Assembly: GCA_047622095.1 (NCBI GenBank)
Contig: JBLHNU010000011.1
Location: 41,428-105,427, forward strand
Reading direction: 5' to 3'
Length of the DNA stretch: 64,000 nucleotides
Source: Desulforhopalus sp.
GTDB lineage: Bacteria; Desulfobacterota; Desulfobulbia; Desulfobulbales; Desulfocapsaceae
The notes under the pieces were generated by a model that had not been told where the DNA came from, ran no database searches, and saw nothing but the letters and a program-made list of their open reading frames with translations. This document shows positions 9,458-18,243 of this stretch, one piece after another. Positions within the stretch are counted from its first letter, which is position 1. Every line of letters begins with the position of its first letter. The translations under genes and the position numbers were made by a program.

Positions 9458-10219
9458 ATGAAACCACCCATCGTTATTATCGCCTTTGGAACCACCACTA
9501 AAGCAAAAAAAACCTATCACCACCTACAGACAAAACTTGAAGAACTCCTGCCAGACAGGGAACTTCTCTGGGCGTACTCGTCTAAAAAAATAACAGAAAA
9601 ACTACAGAGCAACGATAATACGATACAAAGCCCCACAGAAGTCCTGACATCACTTACACAGAAAGGACACACAGAGGCCATCGTACAATCACTCCATCTC
9701 TTTCCCGGAACAGAATTTCATGGCCTATTAAAAGTTACATCAAAAAGCACCTTGCATTGCAGTACCGGTCTTCCACTTTTGACCAGTCCCACGGATTATC
9801 AGGAAATTACAAACCTTCTCGCCCCAACAATCACAAGCAGACCAGACAGAGCAATTCTCATACTAGGCCACGGCACCGCGCACCCTAGCTGGACAGGATA
9901 TTACAGCCTTGAAAAAATATTACGCCAAAACTTCGGAGATCGAATTCATGTTGGGGTCGTCGAACAATTTCCTGATTCTACACATCTTGTTGATGAGATC
10001 GCTGGATCCAACTATGACAACGTCACAATCATACCTTTCTTTCTCATTGCCGGAATGCATTACAGGCGTGATATTATTGCTGAGAACAAGGATTCATGGC
10101 TTTCACGGCTAACAGAAAAAAACATTAATGTAGAAGTCATCGAGAGTGGTCTTGGAATGTTACCTGGGCTAGAAAAACTTCTTGTTCGACATATTAATGA
10201 GGCAAATGACACACCATAA
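9458..10219 (+). CDS. cbiK: Sirohydrochlorin cobaltochelatase (CbiK type, cytoplasmic)
   Basis: IIAFGTT, WAYSS, QSLHLFPGTEF, GHGTAH, PFFLIAGMH, SWLSRL and GLG motifs. No signal peptide. Confidence 0.85.
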   Translation: MKPPIVIIAFGTTTKAKKTYHHLQTKLEELLPDRELLWAYSSKKITEKLQSNDNTIQSPTEVLTSLTQKGHTEAIVQSLHLFPGTEFHGLLKVTSKSTLHCSTGLPLLTSPTDYQEITNLLAPTITSRPDRAILILGHGTAHPSWTGYYSLEKILRQNFGDRIHVGVVEQFPDSTHLVDEIAGSNYDNVTIIPFFLIAGMHYRRDIIAENKDSWLSRLTEKNINVEVIESGLGMLPGLEKLLVRHINEANDTP

Positions 10220-10302
10220 GACGAGTCATAGAAGTGGGAATAAGCCAAGAGCAATTACAGTAGTTTTGACTCAATTTTTATAAGAAGAATGGCTAAATTA
10301 TT

Positions 10303-11457
10303 TTACTGAAGCCAATGCTTTTTTCTCAGGAGCAAAAGCCAGCAAAGCAAGCCGTAACCACCTGCGCAAGACCAGAGTTGTTTCCAGTAGACCATGATAT
10401 CGACGAACTCCGCTCCCATCTGGTTGAGTCGCAGAAAAGCATTCATTGCTGGAATAACAGGTATAAATTGCAAAACTTGAACAAGTCCTTCGGGAACAGC
10501 AGACACAGGCCAAATGAAACCAGAGGCAAAAATGAGAGGCATGGAAGAGAGTAAAACAAGCAGCGTTGCTAGCTCTCTTCGAGGGAGAATAAGGCCAAGA
10601 AGAATACCTAAAAATGAGGAACTGAGTAGAAAAGGCAGGATGAGCAAGTTTAACTGTGAGAAATCAGCCAAATGAGAAATACCATAAAATGAAAAGGTAA
10701 AGCCAAAATAGTACATACAGAGAAGCCAGTAGATTGCGACAAACAGACTTGCCCGAATCAATAAAAGTTTCCAAGCTGCGGCTCTCAGCCAATAATCGTC
10801 ACCTTTTTCTGCGACAAGGTCTTCATTTTGACCTCCACCGAGTATCCCTGCGCCCATCAAAAGTGTCTGATGGAGGATGAGGATAAATATAGCTGGGATA
10901 ACATAATTTACGTATCCAAGAGTCTCGTTAAAGGCTGAAAAGATGTTGAGTTTAATTGCGCTATACTGCTCTGACGCCAGAGCCATAGACTGGCCGGACA
11001 TCACCATCCGGGTCACCTTAACCTGGGCTGCCAGCGTTTGTCCTGCTCCTGCCATTCCTTCTAAAACGGTGCCATATACGAGAAAATAGCTGGCATCCCC
11101 AGCAAAGGAGAGAGTGGGCCGTTTATTCTGCAGGAGATCCCTGTAGAAATTTTCAGGGATGAGCATAATACCTGCGAGACTGTCTTCTACAAACATTCTC
11201 TGGGCTTCAGCCATGCTATGGGCCCTTCCACTGAGTTGAACCTGCGGACTTGCATCAACCATCCGCTCAAGACTCCTACTCATCTGACTATTATCAAGAT
11301 TTACAACTACAACCTTGAGTTCCCTAGGAATCTGCTTGGCATATGGCAGGGGATAGAGAAAAGAATAAAAAATCACCCCACCAAAAACCGTCAAGAGAAT
11401 TGCAGGATTTCCAAATATCGCAACCAGTTCTTTTTTACAGATATCCCACCAATTCAT
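10303..11457 (-). CDS. ABC-2 type permease (YhhJ/YbhR-like)
   Basis: N-terminal TM, VVNLDNSQMSR, GIMLIPENF and YVNYVIPAIFILILHQ, followed by multiple C-terminal TMs. Confidence 0.9.
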   Translation of the reverse strand: MNWWDICKKELVAIFGNPAILLTVFGGVIFYSFLYPLPYAKQIPRELKVVVVNLDNSQMSRSLERMVDASPQVQLSGRAHSMAEAQRMFVEDSLAGIMLIPENFYRDLLQNKRPTLSFAGDASYFLVYGTVLEGMAGAGQTLAAQVKVTRMVMSGQSMALASEQYSAIKLNIFSAFNETLGYVNYVIPAIFILILHQTLLMGAGILGGGQNEDLVAEKGDDYWLRAAAWKLLLIRASLFVAIYWLLCMYYFGFTFSFYGISHLADFSQLNLLILPFLLSSSFLGILLGLILPRRELATLLVLLSSMPLIFASGFIWPVSAVPEGLVQVLQFIPVIPAMNAFLRLNQMGAEFVDIMVYWKQLWSCAGGYGLLCWLLLLRKKHWLQ

Positions 11458-12623
11458 ACGGCCTCTCCTGCAACCTGCTTGTGACCCGCCATGATCTTGA
11501 CGAGTACAATTGCTATTAAAAACAGTATTCCAAAAAGGGTAAGTGCCCTAAACTGAGGTAGTACCGACGCCAGTGACGCTCCGTAATTGACTTGGCTAAA
11601 CTGGATTTCTATGTAGTGGCTGACAGGAATTAAACTGCGCCAGACCCTGGCTGGCAGTGTCATATCACTCACGGGAAAAGTAACGCCCATAAAGGCGAGC
11701 CCTGGGGCCGCATAGGCAGCAGCCAGACTCAGTCCCCTGGCCGCATCACGGGTAAGAAGAAAAATGAGAGAAGAAACAGCAACACTCGCACAAGATGTTA
11801 AGAAACACGCCACAACAAGTAGTGACCAGTCCCCATGCATAGGCCAGCCTAGAGCGATATACATGCCCCACAAAAAAAGCATCCCGTGAATCCAGAAAAT
11901 TGTGATGAGAGGAATATATTTTACGATTATGGCCTTTACAGGCCCAACCTCTAGCCACGTCTGCAGACCGTTACGCCTCACCTCTGATGCAAAAGAGAGT
12001 ACCGTAATTGCCACCATAAGGATTTGCCACAAGGCGGGCAAAATGGCAGAGATAAGAAACTGCGCGTAATTGTTGTTCACATTAAAAAGAGGAGTAACCT
12101 TGGTGCCTATGGGAAGAGCAGATGAAAGGGCACTGGAAAGAACACTTTGCCCAGTGAACAGGTTCTTTTTAACCTCAACCTTTACTGTAAACGTAGACAG
12201 TGCCTGCATCAGAGCAGAATTTATAGTTTTGCCAATGAGCAAAAACTGGCTATTTACAAAAGCTGTCACCTCAGGCGCGAGGCCAAGTACTGTATTTTTT
12301 TCAAGATTTTCAGGCAACACCACAAGACCATAGATATGGCCAGCTCGCAGATCGCGACTCCCCTTGGCAATATCTGGATAGTTCTTTACTATTTGAAGAG
12401 CTGGACTGGAATCAAAGTTTCGCGTGATGGATCTGGACACCTGACTATTATCAAGATCCACGACTCCGATAGGAAGATCGCGGGCGATCCCACCAGCAAA
12501 AACGGACCAAAGCATGACCGCAAGAACCAGAGGCACCCAGGTAATAAGAGAACAGAGCCAGGGATCAGTCAGTAACTGTTTCCACTCACGTCTGAGCAAT
12601 ATTGAAAAAGAAGGAGTGCTCAT
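11454..12623 (-). CDS. ABC-2 type permease (YbhS-like)
   Basis: DLPIGVVDLDNS, YAQFLISAILP and AFMGVTFP motifs. 4-bp ATGA overlaps with both neighbours. Confidence 0.9.
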   Translation of the reverse strand: MSTPSFSILLRREWKQLLTDPWLCSLITWVPLVLAVMLWSVFAGGIARDLPIGVVDLDNSQVSRSITRNFDSSPALQIVKNYPDIAKGSRDLRAGHIYGLVVLPENLEKNTVLGLAPEVTAFVNSQFLLIGKTINSALMQALSTFTVKVEVKKNLFTGQSVLSSALSSALPIGTKVTPLFNVNNNYAQFLISAILPALWQILMVAITVLSFASEVRRNGLQTWLEVGPVKAIIVKYIPLITIFWIHGMLFLWGMYIALGWPMHGDWSLLVVACFLTSCASVAVSSLIFLLTRDAARGLSLAAAYAAPGLAFMGVTFPVSDMTLPARVWRSLIPVSHYIEIQFSQVNYGASLASVLPQFRALTLFGILFLIAIVLVKIMAGHKQVAGEAV

Positions 12624-13597
12624 TTCTCGATGAGAACACTCATGCCGGCACGTAAGCCTTCAATAGACTCAACAGGCCTTGCCTCAAGTTCAAAAGTCCT
12701 CATATCAAACCCCTTATCTCCGTCTGTTGCTCGCCAGGTTGCAAAGTCCCCCATCACAGCGACATGATCCACCTTAAAACGGTAGGTCGCACCGCCAAGG
12801 GCTGGGATGGTGGCTTCAAATTCACTGCCTTTTTTATAATCAGCTAATCTATCTTCCCGAACATGAAAAACCGCCCAGGCGTCATTCATATCGATAATCG
12901 TGACAACAGGAAATCCTTGGGGAGCAAGCTCACCTGTCTGAAGTAAGATCTGTGACACCTCTCCATTATGCCAACTTTCAATTTGCATATCAGCGGCATA
13001 CACCTCAACTTCGGTGACAGCACCTGCTGCCATTAGGGCTTTTCCGGTGGCCGCTTTCTTTACCTCTTCTCTGGCACCTTTTTGTGCCATCTTGTACATC
13101 TGCAGCGCTCCATTTTCTGCAAACCGTGCGCCCTTTAGTTTGGTTTCGGCCTCATCCCTTTTCTGTTCTGCAACAACACCTGCCCTATAAAGGTTATCAA
13201 TTCTTTCGAAGGTCTTTTCCATCAGATCGCCTGCTGATTGTGCCTGTTGCCATTTATCTCTGGCCGCCTCAATCTGCTCCTTTCTTGCACCGGAATACGC
13301 CTGCTCGGCAAGAGCTTCTGCTGCGTCTTGTCCAGCCATCGCCTGCATCAGTTTTGCATCAATCTCAGGGCTGAGAATAGTAAAGATCAACTGGCCTTTT
13401 TTTACGGCATCGCCCTTTTTAACTTTCACCTCATCAATTCGTCCCGGAATTTTTGAACTGATATTATATTGTTGTGCCTCTATTTGCCCCTGCATCCGCA
13501 CAGGTTTGGGCTGATAGGCAAGCCAGAAGGTATAGGAGAGCCATGCAACAATTGCTGCAAAAATAACAAAAACGCTAGCTGTTCTAAATAAACGCAT
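12620..13597 (-). CDS. HlyD-family periplasmic adaptor (YbhG-like)
   Basis: N-terminal TM, lipoyl-like ISSKIPGRIDEVKVKKGDAVKKGQ, helical hairpin and C-terminal LRAGMSV. Confidence 0.92.
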   Translation of the reverse strand: MRLFRTASVFVIFAAIVAWLSYTFWLAYQPKPVRMQGQIEAQQYNISSKIPGRIDEVKVKKGDAVKKGQLIFTILSPEIDAKLMQAMAGQDAAEALAEQAYSGARKEQIEAARDKWQQAQSAGDLMEKTFERIDNLYRAGVVAEQKRDEAETKLKGARFAENGALQMYKMAQKGAREEVKKAATGKALMAAGAVTEVEVYAADMQIESWHNGEVSQILLQTGELAPQGFPVVTIIDMNDAWAVFHVREDRLADYKKGSEFEATIPALGGATYRFKVDHVAVMGDFATWRATDGDKGFDMRTFELEARPVESIEGLRAGMSVLIEK

Positions 13598-15042
13598 CAG
13601 CGTACCTCTATCTGTGGTGAAATTTGATATTGGAAAAAGCTTGGAAGGTCACCGCTAATAGCGACCAGTTTTGCAAGAGCTACGACATGATTAAAAAGAG
13701 CCAAAGCCCGCTGGGATTTGACCCCGGCCAGAAAAAGTTCCGCATCCACCACATCAAGTGAGGTGGAAAGACCCTGACTAAAGGCCTTTATCCTGAGATC
13801 CACAGTCTCTTCTGCAAGCATCTCGCTTGAGCCAAGCCCATCATATTCTTCCAGAGCCTGTTCGGCCTGGCGGTAGGTTTTCTCGAGCAGTACTGACAAG
13901 TCAATACGTGCCTGACTCTTAAGAGACTCTATTTTCCTGATTGTGGACTGCGCCGCTTTAAGCTTTCCTGAACGTCCATCACGCTCTATGAGCGGGATAC
14001 TCACCCCAACGCCTACAACCCAGTCTGGTGCAAGCTCTGTTGCCAGGCTCTCTTCTTCGTACAGGCTGTAGTTACCAAAAAGACCTACGGTGGGATAGTA
14101 TTTACCTTTTTCAACTGCCACAAGGCCTTCAACCTGGTCTTTTTTAGAATCTAGAAGATGAAGGCCTGGGTAAACCTTAAGAGTCCTCTCCAGCAACTGT
14201 TTCATCTCAGGCAGGCTCTCTTTTGCAAAAAGGGCATCAGAGGGAATCACTGTCTCCGTTTTTTTCAGCATCAGGGTAAGTGCTACCCTTGCAATCTCCA
14301 GGTCTCTTCCCGCTTTTTTACGCTCTACGACAGCCTTATCGTGGGAAGCCTGCGACTGCATCCGTTCCACCTTCGCTATCTGGCCCTGCTCTTCGAGTAA
14401 TATTGCATGGTCAAGGTGCTGCTTTAGCCCCGACTCCACCTCTTTTCTGGTTTCAAAAACTCTGTTAGCCAGAACTGCACCAAAATAATAACGAGTCAGG
14501 GTTTCAAATTGAGTCAAGGATTTTAACTGGAGATTCTGTGCAGCTTCCCTATATTGGCCTGCTGCGATATCCTGAGCAGCCGTAATACGCCCGCCTGTAT
14601 AAATAGGCCACTTTGCACTGATGGAACTGATCAAGGTTTCTCGGTCATTTATCGTCGAGGTCAAACCTTTTTCAACCTGAGCTGCAGATATACCATAACT
14701 TCCCGCAAGCCCTCCAACCAGAGGAGCAAGTTGATCTCCGGCAGCCATGCTGTCCAATACATCTGAAGGTGACAATTCGATGTCATCATCGAGGTAAATG
14801 TAGCTGGCTGAAATTGAAATTTCGGGAAGATAGAGATCTTTTGCGGCATCTTTTTTATGAACAGCACTCTCTATATCAGCTCTTGCAGCCTGCAATGTGT
14901 CATTTTCTGCTGCGACAAGTGTCCAGGCATCAGCAAAGCTCATATCAAGCTCTTCTGCCACCACAACATTTGACTGCACAAAGCTGACCAAGCTGACCAG
15001 AAGCACTCCTAAATAGAGAGACAGTATACGGGGATTATTCAT
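13597..15042 (-). CDS. TolC-family outer-membrane efflux protein
   Basis: Signal peptide, DLYLPEIS, WPIYTGGR, YYPTVGL, IPLIERDGR and FSQGLSTSLDVVDAE motifs. First gene of a translationally coupled 4-gene operon. Confidence 0.92.
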   Translation of the reverse strand: MNNPRILSLYLGVLLVSLVSFVQSNVVVAEELDMSFADAWTLVAAENDTLQAARADIESAVHKKDAAKDLYLPEISISASYIYLDDDIELSPSDVLDSMAAGDQLAPLVGGLAGSYGISAAQVEKGLTSTINDRETLISSISAKWPIYTGGRITAAQDIAAGQYREAAQNLQLKSLTQFETLTRYYFGAVLANRVFETRKEVESGLKQHLDHAILLEEQGQIAKVERMQSQASHDKAVVERKKAGRDLEIARVALTLMLKKTETVIPSDALFAKESLPEMKQLLERTLKVYPGLHLLDSKKDQVEGLVAVEKGKYYPTVGLFGNYSLYEEESLATELAPDWVVGVGVSIPLIERDGRSGKLKAAQSTIRKIESLKSQARIDLSVLLEKTYRQAEQALEEYDGLGSSEMLAEETVDLRIKAFSQGLSTSLDVVDAELFLAGVKSQRALALFNHVVALAKLVAISGDLPSFFQYQISPQIEVR

Positions 15043-15157
15043 TAATGGATATCCTACTATGTCACAGGTGTATGTTTTATTATAAAAAAATGCGGTTATT
15101 TGGCCTGGCCAAGGAATATATAGAGGATATCTGGAAACAGCAAGGAGAGTTTAGAAA

Positions 15158-15313
15158 ATGACTTTCAACATGGACCTCGAAGGATCCTATTGGCTCACCG
15201 ATGAAAGTGGAAATCCAATAACCAGCGCTTGGGAGAATGGCGACCAATGTGGTCCCTCACGTACCTATTATCCACTCAAACGTGGATACATTCGCCTTGT
15301 GCGAAAGCAGTAA
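15158..15313 (+). CDS. Possible 51-aa small ORF or remnant of a DUF1566/Lcl-like domain
   Basis: MTFNMDLEGSYWLTDESGNPITSAWENGDQCGPSRTYYPLKRGYIRLVRKQ* preceded by AAGGAG. The YW...AW...G...YIRLVR pattern recalls the DUF1566 C-terminus. It is below the ORF-track length cutoff. Confidence 0.3.
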   Translation: MTFNMDLEGSYWLTDESGNPITSAWENGDQCGPSRTYYPLKRGYIRLVRKQ

Positions 15314-15401
15314 AATCACAAAATTCATCTGTTACCTAAATCTTGCCACTCCATTTAAGTATTTTCTTATTTAAATGTTTTTGAGGCCATCAATTTTTTT
15401 G

Positions 15402-15430
15402 CTGACAACCGACAATACAGTTGCTATCTT
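15402..15430 (+). promoter_or_regulatory. Candidate sigma70 promoter for the YheO-ridA-cyuA unit
   Basis: CTGACA-N17-TATCTT, 45 nt upstream of the ATG. Pattern match only. Confidence 0.3.
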
Positions 15431-15475
15431 CAATAGTGCATATTCACAAAACTCATTTTTAGGTAGACATCAAAC

Positions 15476-16126
15476 ATGCCACAACATAAATCGATATTCT
15501 CAAATCTGGAAAGAGTTGCTGACTCCGTTGTAGCTTTGTTTGGCAAGAACTGTGAAGCGTGTATCCACGACCTGACCTCCCTGCAAAATTCGCTGGTCTA
15601 TATCACAGGAGATGTTACCGGAAGAAAACTAGGGGCCCCTGCAACTGATCTACTTATCAGAAAATTACAGCAAGACGGCTCAAACCCTCGCGATATACAC
15701 AATTATAAAACGACTACAAATGACGGAAGATCCTTAAAATCTTCCACGACCTTCATCAAAGATAAGAATGGCCAACCAATTGCTGCTTTTTGCATCAATT
15801 TTGATACCACAGAATTTTACAATGCCAGTCAGGCTCTTATTCCACTTCTTAACCTCACAGGAAAAGAGCCACCTGATAACAATGAAACTTTCAGCCACTC
15901 TGCTACCGAAACCATAGAAGAGGTCTTCAATCAGGGCGTTGGAGAAGTTGGCAAACACCCCGCGACTATGAGTGTAGATGAGAAAACACAACTCATCACA
16001 TATCTTGAAGAAAATGGAGTATTCCAGCTTAAAGGTTCTGTTGAAGAAGTCGGCCACCTGATGGGTGTAACCAAATTTACTGTGTACAATTACCTGAAAA
16101 AAATCAGAAACCATGAATTAACTTAA
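15476..16126 (+). CDS. YheO/DauR-like transcriptional regulator (PAS_6 + HTH_22)
   Basis: FGKNCEACIHDL, GRKLGAPATD, LKSSTTFI, FCINFD, GVFQLKGSVEEVGHLMGVTKFTVYNYL. Confidence 0.92.
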   Translation: MPQHKSIFSNLERVADSVVALFGKNCEACIHDLTSLQNSLVYITGDVTGRKLGAPATDLLIRKLQQDGSNPRDIHNYKTTTNDGRSLKSSTTFIKDKNGQPIAAFCINFDTTEFYNASQALIPLLNLTGKEPPDNNETFSHSATETIEEVFNQGVGEVGKHPATMSVDEKTQLITYLEENGVFQLKGSVEEVGHLMGVTKFTVYNYLKKIRNHELT

Positions 16127-16144
16127 ACCCCAAGAGGCTTTACC

Positions 16145-16525
16145 ATGCACAAAACAACCATATTTACAGAAAACGCCCCTGCAGCAATTGGTCCATATTC
16201 CCAGGCAGTATCCGCCAATGGTACCCTCTATATTTCTGGACAACTTCCCATCAATCCCACCACAGGCGACATGCTTGAGGGAGACATGGGAGATAAAACT
16301 GACCAGATTCTAAAGAACGCTTCTGCTATTGCAACGGCTGCTGGAACATCCCTTGATAGCGTCGTCAAAACCACTATTTTCCTCACCGATCTTGGTGACT
16401 TCAAGGAAGTGAACGAAGCATATGCTAAACATTTCACCGATGCCCCTCCGGCACGCTCAACAGTACAGGTAGCCGCATTACCCCTCGGCTCAAAAATAGA
16501 AATTGAGTTCATTCTTTCAACCTAA
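16145..16525 (+). CDS. ridA: RidA (YjgF/YER057c/UK114) enamine/imine deaminase
   Basis: APAAIGPYSQA, YISGQLP, VKTTIFL, F..VN.AY and PARSTVQVAALP (catalytic Arg present). Confidence 0.95.
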   Translation: MHKTTIFTENAPAAIGPYSQAVSANGTLYISGQLPINPTTGDMLEGDMGDKTDQILKNASAIATAAGTSLDSVVKTTIFLTDLGDFKEVNEAYAKHFTDAPPARSTVQVAALPLGSKIEIEFILST

Positions 16526-16534
16526 GCCCTGATA

Positions 16535-16647
16535 AACGGGAAATAAGTCAGGATAAGTACCTTCACCAAATTATTTTTCCACATAAACGTAGAGATAAGC
16601 GTAGACTGCGAAATAATTTATAAGGTACTAAAAAGCAGATTCCCGTT
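16535..16647. repeat. Nested imperfect palindrome between ridA and cyuA
   Basis: Three nested inverted pairs: AACGGGAAAT/ATTCCCGTT (16535/16639), AGTACCTT/AAGGTACT (16556/16622) and AAATTATTT/AAATAATTT (16568/16611). Confidence 0.7.
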
Positions 16648-16660
16648 CCTGGAGAATTAT

Positions 16661-17992
16661 ATGAGCTTTACAGTTAAAGACATCCTTGAAATGGAAGTCA
16701 CCCTCGCCCTCGGCTGCACAGAACCAGTTGCTATTGCATTGGGGAGTGCTGCTGCGGCAACTCTGCTTCCAGAAAAAGAATTTGATTCCATTGAAATCTG
16801 GATTGACCCCAATATCTATAAAAATGGAATGGCTGTAATCATTCCCGGAACTGGCGGGCTACAAGGACTCGATACCGCGTCAGCACTTGGAGCCTACGGA
16901 GGAGATCCAGAGCGAGATCTTGAAGTCCTCGAAAGTGTGGATGAAGAGGTTGTCTTAAAAACGCAGAAATTGTTGGCAGACAAAAAAGTAAAAGTCAATC
17001 TCCGCGAAGAAGTTGGCTTACACGTACGCACCAAAATTGTTTCTGGGCCTAACATTGCCGAATCACTCATCGTCGATCTGCATAACAATATCGTGAGCCT
17101 CAAACTCAATGGTGTTGAAGTGACTGATTCCCCCCTACTCGCCTCTGTTAAAGGAAAAGGTGGAAAGAGAACTCTGGCTCAACTTGAAGAATGGTTGCGA
17201 GAACTTACTCTTGAAGAAATTCTGGATCTTACAAAACAACTTGACGATAATGACCTTAACTTCCTTGAAGTGGGTGTTAATCACAACCTCGCCCTTGCGG
17301 AATATGGCCTGCAACACGGGAGCGGTCTCGGTATAGGCAAGGCCATTGACCGGTTAATCAAACAAAAGCTCATGGTCAAAGATATGACCAGTTCTGCTCG
17401 CAGACTTACATCGGCGGCGGCTGATGCGCGCATGGGTGGAGCAAAACTTCCTGCCATGAGTTCAGCCGGTAGTGGAAACCATGGGCTGACCGCCATCCTT
17501 CCCATCTGGGCCGTTAAAGATTTTATTGACCATGACCGGGATACTCTTCTAAGAGCTATTGGCCTCAGTCATGTGGTGACAGCCTATGTCAAAGCACACA
17601 CAGGAAGGCTTTCTGCTGTCTGCGGTTGCTCTGTTGCCGCTGGAGCGGGGGCAACAGCCGGCATAACCTATCTGGTTGGCGGAGACGTTCACCACATGGA
17701 AGGGGCTATCAAAAATATCTTAGAAGACCTTGCAGGTGTAATCTGTGACGGAGCCAAAGCGGGCTGCGCCATCAAACTCAACACAGCAGCAGGGGCAGCA
17801 GTGCAAGCTGCACTCTTTAGTCTACAAGGGGTAAACGTTCAGGATACGGATGGAATTATCGGTGATACAACGAGGAAAACCATTCAAAACATGGGTGAAC
17901 TCAGCCACGACGGTATGGTACAGACGGATAAAACTATCTTGAAGATTATGCTGGAAAAACAGATGGCAAGAGAGAACAAAGAAGCGAAATAA
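16661..17992 (+). CDS. cyuA: L-cysteine desulfidase CyuA/YhaM (UPF0597, serine dehydratase-alpha-like Fe-S enzyme)
   Basis: LGCTEP, NIYKNG, GSGNHG, LSAVCGC and ICDGAKAGCAIK conserved motifs. SD GGAG. Confidence 0.85.
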   Translation: MSFTVKDILEMEVTLALGCTEPVAIALGSAAAATLLPEKEFDSIEIWIDPNIYKNGMAVIIPGTGGLQGLDTASALGAYGGDPERDLEVLESVDEEVVLKTQKLLADKKVKVNLREEVGLHVRTKIVSGPNIAESLIVDLHNNIVSLKLNGVEVTDSPLLASVKGKGGKRTLAQLEEWLRELTLEEILDLTKQLDDNDLNFLEVGVNHNLALAEYGLQHGSGLGIGKAIDRLIKQKLMVKDMTSSARRLTSAAADARMGGAKLPAMSSAGSGNHGLTAILPIWAVKDFIDHDRDTLLRAIGLSHVVTAYVKAHTGRLSAVCGCSVAAGAGATAGITYLVGGDVHHMEGAIKNILEDLAGVICDGAKAGCAIKLNTAAGAAVQAALFSLQGVNVQDTDGIIGDTTRKTIQNMGELSHDGMVQTDKTILKIMLEKQMARENKEAK

Positions 17993-18021
17993 AAAGCCGC
18001 TTATATAAAAATAGACACATA

Positions 18022-18054
18022 GCAAGCAACACCCTACTCGTTGGTGTTGCTTGC
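18022..18054. terminator. Hairpin between convergent cyuA and purL (likely terminator)
   Basis: Perfect 12-bp stem GCAAGCAACACC / GGTGTTGCTTGC with a 9-nt loop. U-tracts are weak. Confidence 0.6.
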
Positions 18055-18060
18055 CTAGAT

Positions 18061-18226
18061 AGTGCTCGACCGAAAACCACCAATTATGCCGATTTCTTCG
18101 TTGGGCTCAATTTTTAATCCTCCGGTAAGCGAGGAACGAGACTCCGAGATACTCTATGTATTCCTCCGGTTAAAAATATCGCCCGCCTTGAACTCGACAG
18201 AATTTGCAAATTTTCGTTCAGGCACT
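18061..18226. mobile_element. 166-bp MITE-like palindromic element
   Basis: Imperfect terminal inverted repeats AGTGCTCGACCGAAAA / TTTTCGTTCAGGCACT (13/16 match), direct repeat AGAT on both flanks (18057-60 and 18227-30), internal inverted repeat 18103-18120/18168-18184, and no ORF. Confidence 0.65.
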
Positions 18227-18243
18227 AGATAAGAATTATCTCA

